Assembly (NCBI GenBank): GCA_976551045.1 | Contig: CDPCPM010000017.1 | Coordinates: 4,278,001 to 4,342,000, forward strand | DNA length: 64,000 nucleotides | Reading direction: 5' to 3' | Source of the DNA: Glaucostegus cemiculus | Lineage: Eukaryota | In this document: piece by piece, positions 24,601 through 37,400 of the stretch | How positions within the stretch are numbered: the stretch's first letter is position 1 | Layout: the number at the start of each line of letters is the position of its first letter | The notes under the pieces: generated by a model | The model's database searches: none | What the model was told of the DNA's origin: nothing | What the model saw: only the letters and a program-made list of their open reading frames with translations | Translations under genes and position numbers: made by a program

Positions 24601-26579
24601 TGATCACATGCAGATCTGCCTCCATACACTCCACTGTCTCATGCGTCAGTGCTAGATACACACTACTGCATACATTCTGTCCTTGAATCTTAGTGCAACG
24701 AGTGATGAACCAAGAAAGCAGAAATCTCACAATCAACCCAGTGCTTGATAGGCATTGATGTTTTGAGGAGCACATACTTCTCTAATATTTTTATAGTCCT
24801 CACCACTGCTACACACTGATTGACAAAGTGCAGATCTCTAATCATGAATGAAAGAGTTTTGGGAAGTGGAACGTAGGAAAGATGATGTAGAGCTCTCATT
24901 TAGAAATAATAAGCAACTTGCAACTTTGGGCCACTATTTGGAGTTTTGCTTCACAAACTGTTTTCTCTTTCTGCACAAGCATGATGATTCAGGTGATGAC
25001 ATCATGTGTGTAGAGAACAGGGATAAAGTTACCAACAGCATTCCAATCAAACCTTGGCAAAGGAAGCAGCAGTTATAGGAAGAGATTAGTTCCAGTAGAC
25101 TCCATTCAGCCTCTGTATCCGTGAACTAACACACAGCACTGACACATAAACAATTGACCCTGTACATAAACAATGCCCTCTTTACCATGGATACCCATGT
25201 TCATAAATCCAGTGTAGCAATAGGCACTGCACTAACTAGTATGAGATCAAAGTATATGCTTCAAATACATTTGAATGATTTGAACTTCTGGAAACATCTC
25301 AAGGAAATATAATACATGTGCTGGGATGCTAATAGTACTAGGACAATACTTTATGATGCATTATAGGTTGAAAAGTTTATTGGATAATCGGCAGAGCTAA
25401 ATTAATACTGTGGTTAACGAACAGTTAAATAAAAAGTACTTAATTTGTAATTTTATGTTGAATTAAAGCATGGAATTTGCATGCATCTGATATTTAGTTA
25501 TGTTTTCTGTTTGCAAGCTCCTGGATTGGAGCCTGGTGCTGGGAGCACATCTTGGAAAATCCTTCACTATTATCCCACAGTTTTCCACAGTGACTGACAA
25601 GGATCCATGTCAAAATACAGAAAAAAGAAAATGCACTATTTTTGTGAACAATTGTCTGTAACATCAAATAGATTTAAACCGATGTGTGAAATAATTATGA
25701 GGAATTTCATTGCAGTACAGGAGGGTGAGCAGAACAATGATCCTTTGAAGAATATTGAGGCATTTCTGCAGTAACTATGATGTGACCTGGAGAGAAAGTC
25801 TTAGGCAAAAGGCCAAAAGAGAATCAGAGACTGATTCTGAAAGAAAGATGCTGAAAGAAATCCTGTACTTAATGGACATCAGAAACAAGTCTGAAGGATG
25901 AAAGGATTTTAAATGTGGTTCATTTAAACCTTCAAAAATCATTTGGCAAAATGCCAGATAAGACTTAGTGATACAATTAAGATGCATATTAAAGATAAAG
26001 TGCCATGCATAGAAGGATGGATACTCGAATTATCTGCAGGAAACTGCATGCCAGCTCCTGCAGCTACAGAGGCTTGTGGCATAAGGATACTCTTCTATCT
26101 CCAATGTGCCAAGATATCAAATACTGACAAACTTTAGCCTAGGATTCATTGACCTTGTAGCTGCTCAGAGTTCTGCTTTTTGACATGCTGGGGGAGTTTC
26201 CAATGGCAAATCATAAAAAGGTTTGTTCTCTCAGGAAAATGCCACTTCTGGACCAGCAAGCATCATTCTGGAGTGACTGCAGATTTCCCAAAGTCTTGCA
26301 GAAGAAGGTATTTAGAATGGCAGGGAAGACATGAATGCATGGATGGTTCAAATGTAAGACTGCCCAACAAATGCAGATCTAGTGCTATCAGTATTCAAGC
26401 AGGCTGGCAATAAAATTTATCCAGCATAAATACTCCCTTCAAGATAAACAATTAGAAGAAGGAACAGATCGGGGTGTTGTACCACATGAGCACACAACTT
26501 TTAGAATTTAAATAAATTACTGGGATGAAGACAACAAAGGCATACTTGCTTAATTTGCTGAGGACATAAAGATAAGAAG

Positions 26580-27420
26580 AAAGTTGTGAAGAGGATATAA
26601 AGAGGCTACAAAGAGATCTAGATAGTTAAGAAAGTGGGCAACTCTCAAAAATGAAGTATAATGTGGGAAAATTGTTCAGGAAAAACGAAAAGAAAGCATA
26701 CTATCTAAATGGTGAGAAATTGCAAGGTTTTGAGGTCCAGAAGGATCTGGGTTTCCTAGCACATGACTTACAAAAAGTTGGTATACAAGTAATTAGTAGA
26801 ACTTAGGGAATGTTTATTGTGAGAAGAATTGAATTCAAAAGTAGGGAGATTATTCTTCATTTATATAGGGCATTGATGAGATCATATCAGGGATACTGTG
26901 TACAGAATTGATCTCCTTAAGGGAGGATATAAATTTATTGGAAGCGGTTCAGGAGAGATTTACTTGACTGATACCTGGAATGGGCAGGTTGTCTCACAAG
27001 AGAAGGTTGCATAGACCAGAGCTGTATCCACTGGATTTTTGATGAGCGTGAAGTAACTTGATTGAAACACATATAGGATCCAGATGAGTCTTGAAAGGGT
27101 GTATGTGGAGAGGGCATTTCCTCTGTGGAAGAATCTAGATCGAGGGTTGTTTAAAAGTAAGGGGGTCCTCATTTAAGACAGGTGAAGCACTTTTTTTTTC
27201 TTACAACTGACTTCTTTGGAACTTTTCTTCAAAGGTGGTAGAAGCAGAGTCTTCAAACGTTTTTTAGGTAAAGTAAGATAGATCCTTGATATGCAAGAGG
27301 GTGAATTATTATTGGGGGGGACAGAAGTAAGGAGTTGAAGTTACATTCAGATTAGCCACAACCTTATTGAATGGTGGAACAATATTGAGGAGCCAAGTGG
27401 TTTCTACTGAAGCTGGTTCA
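26580..27420 (+). mobile_element. CR1 LINE 3' ~0.8 kb
   Basis: LQRDLD, QKDLG and gttcaggagagatttacttgactgatacctgga motifs, plus a CR1-type 3' end. Confidence 0.8.
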
Positions 27421-27909
27421 ATTTTTACGTGTATATTACAGCTTCAAGTAATAACACTTTGTTGAATCACACCATTTCCATTCACAGACAGGAAATGACT
27501 GGAGATTAAATATTAAATCAGTTATGCCTCTCACAAATCCTGATGAAGGAACAATGAAGAATGGAATACACATCATGCTCTATATTTGAATATTACGCTG
27601 AGCATTTAAATGTCCTCATGTAGTTATCACAAAAAGATGGAAATCGAGGAAGTAAGTCTATGTTGGATGATTCAGGAAGTATTTTTGATTACTGCTTTGT
27701 TCTGACACCAATGCATCAAGCTGGGGTCATCTTCTTTGGTGCACTACGGTGAACCTCTATAATCCTACTGCTCAACTTATTGTTCCTCCACAGTGAGGCA
27801 CCTTTATATGATGAAGTTGTGCAGTCACTTCTTATTAGTTCTGGAATAGAAGCACTGTCGGACATTCCTTGACTGATTAGGATAAATGAAGAACTGCTTC
27901 AAGATTCCA

Positions 27910-28035
27910 ATTCTATGTGCAGGTTTTCAACCTGTAATGTTAAATTTTCTACCAAGATTTTGCCTGATCTGCTGAATATTTCCAGCATATTCTGCTTTTT
28001 CTTAGATTTTCAACATCTGCAGTGTTTTGATTTTC
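27910..28035 (+). mobile_element. Penelope-like terminal repeat with decayed hammerhead motif
   Basis: aggttttcaacctgtaatgttaa...tgcctgatctgctgaatatttccagcatattctg...caacatctgcag. Confidence 0.6.
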
Positions 28036-28822
28036 TGTATTCTTTGCCACACTTTGCATCTCCCAAAGAACATTTTACTGATGGTGAATAAGGACATGTG
28101 TCTAGGAAGAATAGAATCTCATCAGTGTTATCACCTTCAATGGAGAAGGAGAGTCATAATAGACAAAAGAGTTTGTAAACTGGAGGCGTAATATATAGCC
28201 TCCCCTCTCTGCAACATCTCTCCCAACCCCCCATCTCCACCCACCTCCCCCACTCCCCTATGAGCTCGTTGGCAGACTGAGCCCAGGTTCCATGTCCGAT
28301 TTGAATCAGGAAGTAGAGTTGGGGCACCTATAATGGATGTAAAATTCCTCTTCATCTTCCACTTCCCCAGGGGAAATTCCAAAAGGAATGATTATGCTAC
28401 AACAAAGTATTGTTGATAATTTTAGGGTCATTAGGGTACAAACTTGAAATTGGTCACGCACATTAAATACATGAAACAATAAGAAACATCGACTGAGATG
28501 TGTGCCAGATTGCTGGTGAATCTATCCAGACCTGGCCAATTCTGGGCAGGGGTGTGGAGCAGCCTTCTACTTGGCAAGTGCTGACCAGGGGACTTCAGGC
28601 ATTGGTTTTAGTTTGCCAGGAGTCCAACAAAGAAGCAGGACCTTCCATAGATAACCCAGCTCCAAGCCAGGGAAATCCTTCAACTGAATTTGTGCCTGAT
28701 TACCCCAGTGAGATAAAGTGGGCCCATTCAAAAGAATGGGCGAAATAGGCTACAGGGAGAATTGCAAGTAAAGCTGTTATTTGACTTAATTATGCTTATT
28801 GAAGTGTTTTAAAGTATGTACG

Positions 28823-28870
28823 TGTCTGTGTGTGTGTGTGTGTCTGTGTCTGTGTGTGTGTGCACGCGCG
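28823..28870 (+). repeat. Imperfect (TG)n microsatellite
   Basis: tgtctgtgtgtgtgtgtgtgtctgtgtctgtgtgtgtgtgcacgcgcg. Confidence 0.9.
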
Positions 28871-29879
28871 CTCTTAGTCTTTTGGCTGTTAATTCTTTCT
28901 ATATTTTTAATATTTTTAAATTTTACTGATAGATCTGAATGATTTTAAATGTTTGCCAATGAGTGTCAATGCCTTTCACAAACATGCAATATAAATGCAG
29001 AGTTTGAATGTTTGGGGGGCAGTGCTCACCACTGTCAAAGCCATTCTTGTCAGTGCAGCAGCTGCTACCATTGGAAGGACCCCGCACTGCCCCGACTCTG
29101 TCCCATGTGCTGCAGAGCAGGCTCCCAGCCGAAGACTCCGCCTGGGATGATGCCAGAAGAAGCATTGTGGCCCAGAATGCAGATAGTTGGTGCCCCCGAG
29201 ACAGCAGAGGATCTGTCTCAGGAAAACATCCACATTGTAACCTGCTTCTGAAATTCAGTTCCATTGACTTATTTTGAGCACAACATGTGTCCACTATTGT
29301 TAAGTGTGTTCATCCCACAATTTTTTTTTTGGTCAAGGAACCAAATGAAAGTAAAACAAAACCACAAAAAATAATATATAAAGCAGTCATCTGATAAAAT
29401 AATCTAAGTGCCACTGAAATAGGACAATGACATGAGTTCAACTAGATTATGTTGCTAAGATTATGTTGCTAAGACAAGGAAAGGAAAAAAACTGCACTTA
29501 CATTGGAGTTTCACAATGTTGGGATGTCCTAATGTGGTTTGCAACAAATAATGTGAGCTTCTGGGGAGGTGTCATGTCTGTTGACTCAGGGCAACACATA
29601 TGGTACCCAGACTCAGAGGTTCCTATATGATGGGAGATGACAGGCTGTCTGCGAGGTGCTGCCTGAGAATAGCCAGCTCTCTGGGGATCTTTCAAGTTTT
29701 AACATCAATCTACTTGTGGCAACCTTCCTAATAATAATGCTAATGTTTTGGGGCCAGATGGGTGGAGATAATAAAATAGATTGGGTCAGACTAGCACTCA
29801 ATAGTGCCTGTCATAGCAAGGGTGATGCAAACAATTTTGTGGTACCTCACTCAGGCAATGATGTAATCTAGTGCATGCC

Positions 29880-30790
29880 AGTGTTTGGACCGGGGTGTTG
29901 CCATGATGTCTTCTGCTTGCCTCACTGATAAAACAGAATGTTTATTATGACGATACTGGGCATTTCACCAAGAGAAGGCCCCCTCTGGCGTTGGCCTTCC
30001 CTACTCCTCCTTTGCTGATCATGCCTTGCCAGAGAGTTGCATCCCTTTCCAATTTGATGCTGAAGTCACCCAGGGGAATCAACTTTTCTCGCTTTGGAAT
30101 GTGAGTCAAGACTTTTTCAAATTCAAAGTCCATCTTAGCTTTGTCTGGAGCTTCAATGGCATACACACTGATGACCCCAGCGTATACGTTCTATGTTAGG
30201 GTGAGCCAAAGCCTTGAAAGACATTCACTAATTCCTTGGTACAAGTCACTCAGACAGCAGGCTACTTTATTCTTGATGTCACAGCTCATTGTAAAAGCAG
30301 CGTTTCTCTTTAGCTTTGCCCCTTCAGAAGAAGTTGTACTTACCAGCATGTTCTCTAACCAGGCCATCTTCCACCCTCATGTCTCACTCAGGGCAGGGAT
30401 GTCAAAGTATCTGTGTTTAGGACTGTTACTATTGGTCTCAACACTCCAGAAACCAAACTTCATACTGTGCCATGTGAAGTGGCTTAACTTAACATGGACC
30501 AGCAATCACATGGGCTTCACAGAGCAAGGTCTTAATCCAGTGGCACTGGGGACAAGTTGACTGGAGACCAGACTCTGTTGCATGGGACTCTGTTGCTCAC
30601 ACATTAATGGATGTATGTGTAGGTGCTGCCCAGCAGGTGCACTCTCCCTTACCCACCCATACACACACGGGCTCCAACACAGGAACTCTTGCCTTCCTCC
30701 GAGCTTCCCATCCACTTTTTGCCCCTGCTATTGGCCACAATAGGGCTGCACAATTAAGTACATTACAAACCCTGGCTCCAGCCACACACC
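29880..30790 (-). mobile_element. RTE-clade (BovB-like) LINE 5' region with APE endonuclease relic
   Basis: YA...KVLTHIPKREKLIPLGDFSIKLERDATLWQGMISKGGVGKANARGGLLL matches the RTE endonuclease pattern (LILLGDFNARVG...GVGK.N.NG.LLL). Confidence 0.8.
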
Positions 30791-30799
30791 TAACCAAAG

Positions 30800-31220
30800 A
30801 TTAAGGACTCTGGATATGCAGAGAGCCTGGAGAAGCTGGTCTTCTTGAACAGAAATGATCAAGAAGGGATTTAATATTCGAAACCATGAATGGTTTTGAC
30901 AGCTTAGTGAGGAGAAACTCTTGCCAGTTTGCCAACACCCAAAGGGTTGAGATTTGAGATGACTGGCAAAAGACCCAAAGGTGACATGAGGAAGCAGCTT
31001 TGCATTGTGCGAGTTGATGTGGCCTTAAATGCACTGCCTTAAAGGCTGGTAGGAGCATATACAGGAATATTCCAAAGTGAATTAAATAAATTCTTGAAGT
31101 GAAAACATTTACAATCCATGGAGAAAAAGCAGGGAAGTTGAATTAGATTGTCAATTCTACCTAGAAGCCAACATGAGCATTATAGCCCGATGCTCATCTT
31201 ATGCGCTGTATCATTCCATG
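30800..31220 (+). mobile_element. CR1 3'-end fragment
   Basis: agagcctggagaagctgg...agaagggatttaata...ttccaaagtgaattaaataaattcttg. Confidence 0.65.
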
Positions 31221-33812
31221 AATTTATAAGTATTTTGAACACTCACATTTACCTACTGCACCCTTTGTATGCCACAACACATTCAAAACCTTGTTGTTCC
31301 TGCTTAGACAAATGCAGCAAAAATGGAGCACTGAATTTAATATGCATTAGTGCTGTACACTGCAGCTCAATTTTAATCCAAGAACAGCTGTAAGTACATC
31401 AAAGCAGAGTACAGCCTCTGGCACAACAATGCATTGAAACGGGGATTAAAAGTCACTGTGTGTGGGAAGTGGAAAAGAACTTTGGTTCAAGTTCAAATGC
31501 TAAATTTGCCAGCAATAATGAGCTCAACAAGCCCAACACCTCTTCAGTGCCGCAGCAATAATAACTGCATTCCTACCTTCTAGTTCTTGTGGCAATAGTG
31601 TCATTAGCTTTGTTTCCTTTATATTTCCTGTTTAAAATTTCATGACTCTATTCCCATTGGCGTAGTGATGAGGAGAAGTGGAACTGAGATGCAATGTCAC
31701 CTCCTGAGTTCAGAATTTATTGGAACTTTACTGAGCTGTCTTCTTGTAATTTCTTTTCATGACGTTTTGTTTAAGACAAAAATCATGGAGCAGTTGATGC
31801 ATGAATAATTCAGATGATGCTCACCCATTTTTACCTTTTATTCCCCCAACAACCAACAATGTGGATGTATGCAGTCATTCTAGACTTTGGCACTGGGCAA
31901 GTAATTCCAGATTCTGTGATGAGATGACAGAAATAAATCTTTAGTTGAGTTGCATTTGCTTTACATCATCAAACTTAGTTCTAAGCACTATTGCTGTCAG
32001 CATAAGCATAATATTGAAAAGGATTTGAAATTATAGTCCATGTGCCAAACAAACCTTGAAAGCTTTATTCCTAATCAATATATTAAATTGCCAAAATGCA
32101 TTTTTTTTTGTTTTTGCTTCATATTTTGAAATACGCTCAGCAAAATAGAAAAATAAGCAGCCCATAATTAAAATGTGGTTGCTATGAGTGGTTGGGATGC
32201 AGTGATCTTTTTAAGAGTGTGATTGTCCATAAGAAGATTTTCAGTAGCCTGTGCATGACTTGGTTACCATTAGGAATTGATACTGCTCGCTCAGTTTGGA
32301 GGCGAGATGCTATCCACAACAAAAACAAAATTAATACCGGTGCTATATTGTGAAATGGCCTTTTAATTTTAGAGCACAGGTCTCCTGATTTTCTTGTCCA
32401 CCTAGACAGTAAAATAGTGTTAGAATCATATTGTATCACATGGGTAATATCCCCATGTAATTTCCTGCACCAGCTTCTTTTGGGAGAGGGATTTTCCATT
32501 CTATAATTTCCCATATTGTCAATGGATCTTTCATGGCCACATGAAATAGTGTCCTATTTTGTTGTACCACCTATCTTAAGTATGGGCAGGCTGACTGGCT
32601 TTTATATGTTCGTATGTACTTGTATATTGTAAATAGAAAACCAGATGTCCCTCCAACGGGAGGAAGCACCTTGGGCCAATCCTAATCCGATGACTTTTTT
32701 GTGTTGCTTTGTCTATTCTGTGACTTATTTTTTCAGTCACGCGTGCCAGATATTAGCCATCTTTAATGGCCCTTAATAAGGTGGGGAGTCACCTTCCTGA
32801 AATCCCATAGTGTAGGTCCTCCCAAGGGTGAGGTTAAACACCAAGCTACAATTGCTGATAGGCATTGAATACCAGTCAGAGTGCATTCTGTGGTGTTGCT
32901 GCCCTCTATGCTTTTATCACATAACAATCCAGAGTCATCAGCAGGAGGAGGATAGCCGATATCAGCAAGAAGTCTCCTTGTTCACGTTTGACTCCATTGC
33001 ATGGGATTCAGATCCAATGTTGAGGATTTCCAGGTCCATTCCCTCCAGGTGGCATGACAATACTTTGCCACCTGCCAGTCAGACAAGCCATCCGAAGGGA
33101 TGGTGATGGAAGTGTGTGGGACATTAGCTAGTATGTTTCAGCGAGCATTGCTTTGTCAAGATGTTGCCTTGAGTATAGTCTGTGGGACTGCTCTACAAAT
33201 GCAGGCATAATCCCAGATGTTTCTGAGAAACCCTGCTGTACTGTGTTATGCCAGAATCTGATGCCGAGGTTGGTGCCAAGTGGTCCATACAGTTTTTATT
33301 CACATAGTTTGCTGTAGAAGTTTGGTACAACTGAAAGCTTTGCCAAGCTAGTCAGAAGGCAGCTAGGTGTTAATCGTACAATTGTGAGTCTGTGTCACTT
33401 AAAAATGAGATCAAGTAAAGTCAGCAGACTTAATTCCTTGAAGGACATTAATTAATTAGATGTATTTTATGACAAACCTATAGTATTATGGTCATCATCA
33501 TAAATACTATCTTTTTATTTCAGATTAATAAATAAATTTCTGAGCTGCCCAGACAAGATTTGTAGCTGTAAATCTGGATCATTACTACAAACCTCCAGTT
33601 TTACTAATCTGGTGACATAACCACAACGCTATCTTTCATTAACTGAAAATTATTGAGATTCTATAAAGGAAAGCAACCAGTATTATGGTAGCAAATATAT
33701 ATTCAGATATGACACCAGTTAGCCAATAGGTCACCAATGTGGTCTTGTGGCAACTTTGCAGGTTTGTCCAGCTGCAGTTGCTTCATTGTTGTTAACAGTT
33801 TAGATGGCTGAT

Positions 33813-33852
33813 TTTATAATCTAAGGGACTCCTTTATAATCTAAGGGACTCC
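33813..33852. repeat. Perfect 20-bp tandem duplication
   Basis: tttataatctaagggactcc x2. Confidence 0.9.
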
Positions 33853-33882
33853 TGTTCCAATACAGACAGTTCCCTAATAAAG

Positions 33883-34050
33883 GAGATACAAGAGACTGCA
33901 GATGCTGAAACCTGGAGCAAAAAAACAAACTGCCAGAAGAACTCAGTGGGTCAGGCAGCATCTGTGGAGGCAATGGGATGGGCAACATTTCAGGTTGTGA
34001 CCCTGATGCTACTTGACCCACTGAGTTCTTCCAGCAGTTTGTTTCTTAGT
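33883..34050. mobile_element. Fold-back Penelope-derived mini-element with 40-bp inverted arms and 8-bp flanking direct repeat
   Basis: Arms 33923-33962 and 34005-34044 match at 36/40. taataaag flanks it at 33875-33882 and 34051-34058. Confidence 0.8.
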
Positions 34051-35699
34051 TAATAAAGCGGTCTACAAAATTCCAAATGCTATGGCTTGTTTTTGGATAA
34101 ATTATACGATGCTATTAGTCACACCAAACAGAAAAATGCCAGAGCTGATCTCTGGTCTATTCTGAGGTAGCAGTGAGAATGCTGTGACCTCATTAATACC
34201 AAGTGACAACAGGGAGAAGTCAGATATCGTTCTAGTCTCTGACAGCACTTCAGTGGAGACCCCTACTGGAATATCGAGGTGTGTGTGGGTATCAGGTAAG
34301 GAGAGGTCACAACTATTTACATTAACTACTGATATGTCATTAAAATAAGTAAATTACCCAGTATATCTTTGAAAGGCAGAAGCATGAACACAGAAGTGCT
34401 TAAACAGGAAAGAGCTGGAGCTGATTCAAAAATTAGTATGTTACTAAAATATTGGGTATTTCCTTCAAATTCCGCTCTGATAATAATTAGGAACTCATGG
34501 AAGTCAGTGTGAACGTAATCCCAGTTCAATCTAAGATAATGATTTTTGCCTTAAGTGCCACATTTCATGTTATTTTTGTGTATGTAGAGCAGCAAAACAG
34601 AACTGGAAGCCTGCATAATGAGGAGAGATACCCTGAAATGGATTCTGGTGGATCCTGCAAACACAGAAGGAGAAGTTATTCTGAATGCCTGAGCCAATTC
34701 CTTCACGTGGCCTGATGCACAATTTGTAGACATTCATCATACTTTGGCAGGACCTGTCCATTAGTGCTCCATGCAAAATATTTGCTGCCGAATGGAGCTC
34801 TTTGCATCCTGAGGGGAATGAGGTGGAACATTCTAAGCAGGGCCTGATGTTCAAATGTCCTCCTTCATCTCTCGATAGATGAGCCTCCATTACATTTCTA
34901 AAAAGGAAAGAGAAAATACAAAAGCAACTTAAGCTACTGATCAAACTTCAGAAATGTACAACAGCAGCATTCAAGAGCCAAGAAGGGAAGCCATATTAAT
35001 TTCAAGAGAACTAGGAGTAGGTAAAAGGATTGATATAAGTAGAAAGAGTTATTAAAAACTGTAATCAAGAATTGAAAAAAGGCATACTGATAGGTATATA
35101 CACCATTTGGTACACAGCATAATGAAATATACTTGTATGTATATACTTTATGGAGTACTAATACAGGATTTAATGAAGCACTTACTCATGCAGTGAATAG
35201 GAATTTCTGGAGTGCCCAAAGTGGTTTAGGGAAAGGAGGATCAGAGGGTTAGCTATGTACTTCATCGAGAGCCGTTAGGGTAGTGAGGCAAGCCTTAAAT
35301 TACAGAGTAGGTTATGGAATATAGTGAAGTGAAGGTCAGTGTAATGAGGAGGACACTGGCTGAGTTCACCAACTGAACAATATGGCCAAGACTGAAGGAA
35401 GTGTGAAGGGAGAATTCAGAGTGAACTTAAGGTAGGGTGCTTGATGGCACTCATGTGGGTTGGTGAGAAGGCAAGGTGAAAACCTGGGCAGGTGGCTTAT
35501 AAATGAAATGCAAGACAGGCACAGACAATTCATGCTATTGAACTATTACAGAGGAGAGGATTAAGTAGATGATATTACACTTCTACTATTAAAATAGTGG
35601 AAGCTGAAACTACTGTTACAGCTGAAGTATAGCATTCATGTATTATCAAGTGTCACTAGGAATCATTAAATTGAGAGGTCTCCAAAATAATATATTTTG

Positions 35700-37400
35700 A
35701 GCTGAAATGGGAAAACAGAAAATGCTGGATGTATAAAGCAGGTCAGGAAATATTTGTGGAGCGAGAAATGGAGTTTCATCAATGACCTTCCATCAGAACT
35801 AGGGACGATAGCATAGCAGTTAGTGCAACGCTGTTACAGCGCCAGCGATTGGGGTTTGATTCCCTTCGCTGACTGTAAGGAGTTTGTACGTTCTCCCTTG
35901 TCTGCGTGGGTTTCCTCCGGGTGCTCGGGTTTCCTCCCACATTCTAAAAGACGTACGGGTAGGTTAATTTGGGGGTTTAAAATGGGCGGCATGGACTCGT
36001 TGGGCCGAAAGGGCCTGTTACCGTGCTGTAAATAATTTTTTTTTTAATTAAAAATTAAGAAAGTTAGAAAACAAACATGCTTTAAATTGCAGAGAAAGGA
36101 GAGAGGTGAAGAGTACAAAGGGAATATCTGTGATAGAGTGGAGATACTGAATGTTACAAATTGTGGTGGTACCATCCGTGAGGGGAGGTAAAAGCTTATA
36201 AACACAGCTGACTGAAGGAGGTGTAACTGGAGCACCGAAGAAAGGAAAGAAACACAATGCTGACATTATGGGATACAGGAGACAGCAGCTGTTGGAAATC
36301 CAGAATAAAAGAAAATGCTGGAAATGCCCAGCATCTGTGGAGAGGGAACAAGTGACTGAGCATTGCAGGTTGTTGACCTTTATTGAACATGGTCAGTACT
36401 GACACAAACTGGAAGGTTGGTTATCTGAAATTGCTTGATTTGGTATTGAGTCCAGAGGGCTACAACATGCCTCTATGGAAGATGAGATGCTGTTACTTGG
36501 GCTCTGTTGCAATATTGTTAATGGCTAAAGAGAGATGTTTGACCTGAGCTCCTGTAATGCTCCACATGCCATGCTGGAAAAATTGATTACTTTCACCATT
36601 GTCTGCTGTCACCATGAATTCTGTCTCGTTTTTTTCTCTCCCACTACTCTTTACTGCTTTTTTGGATTGTAGTTAGTGGGTGAGTTAGTGGTGTTTTAAA
36701 GAAAGGAGCCACCAAGCCTACAGATTGCAATTGTGATGAAGATTTGGGGTAGATGCTCTTCTGTTCCTTGCCCCAGTCTCATGTATTCCTCAGCACATTG
36801 CTCACCCTGTGCCTCTTATTCCATTATTTCAGCAGCAGATGAAGTGAGGCAGAGACAGAATTGGTCAATGTTATGGAGGTGTAAGTTGGCTTTTGAGAAT
36901 TGATGGGAGGTGGAGGGATGGGAGAAGTGCCAATCATTAGCGGTATGAACCAATATGGAAGCCAGAAACAAAACTTGGAGGACTGGCATTCTGGTGGGAA
37001 TGGAATTGACACAGAAGAGGGCAGGTCTCATGGGCAAGATGAACTCAGAGAGAGCATGTTGTGAGATAGCAGAGAAACTAGACAATGATGTGAGTTCAGG
37101 GCAAGGAACAGAAGGGTAGGATGGATAGATGGGCTAGTGGAAGGGAGAAAAGTAACAGAGGCAGCTTTTGGATGCTCTTAATCTTAATAACAAAGATCTC
37201 CATGAGCTCCTTAAACATTGTTGGTGGAGGAACATTTTAAGAAACTTGTTTGATGTGAACCTGACTGTTGACTTTGCATTCCAGAATGATGCTCATTAAT
37301 GTACCCTGAAGAACTGAGTATACACCATGTGGTCTGTGTTGGTACATTGTTGCACCAGGCACTGCTGATTAGTTCAGAGTTTTTTTAAATTGATTTTCCA
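35700..37400 (-). mobile_element. Penelope-like element fragments with two tandem terminal repeats, interrupted by a V-SINE
   Basis: Minus strand agttCTGATGGaaggtcattgatGAAAC at 35800-35773, second terminus at ~36285-36400, and the 3'-end sequence ttgagtccagagggctacaacatgcc shared with the 53200 copy. Confidence 0.7.
35802..36045 (+). mobile_element. Young tRNA-derived V-SINE (HE1-like)
   Basis: A-box tagcatagcagtt, B-box ggtttgattccc, V-domain gtttgtacgttctcccttgtctgcgtgggtttcctccgggtgctc and CR1-derived tail tgggccgaaagggcctgtt. CpGs retained. Confidence 0.9.

Noticed and set aside
29444-29474. 14-bp tandem duplication (agattatgttgcta x2); similar ones at 10912-10940 and 44185-44207
   Set aside because: Ordinary slippage duplications with no sign of function.
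34130-34310. Resemblance to an ancient conserved SINE (LF-SINE/LmeSINE-like)
   Set aside because: Similarity is from memory only and is weak; it needs an HMM search.
35802-35870. tRNA-like A/B boxes as a tRNA gene
   Set aside because: This is the head of a V-SINE, continuous with the V-domain and LINE-derived tail.
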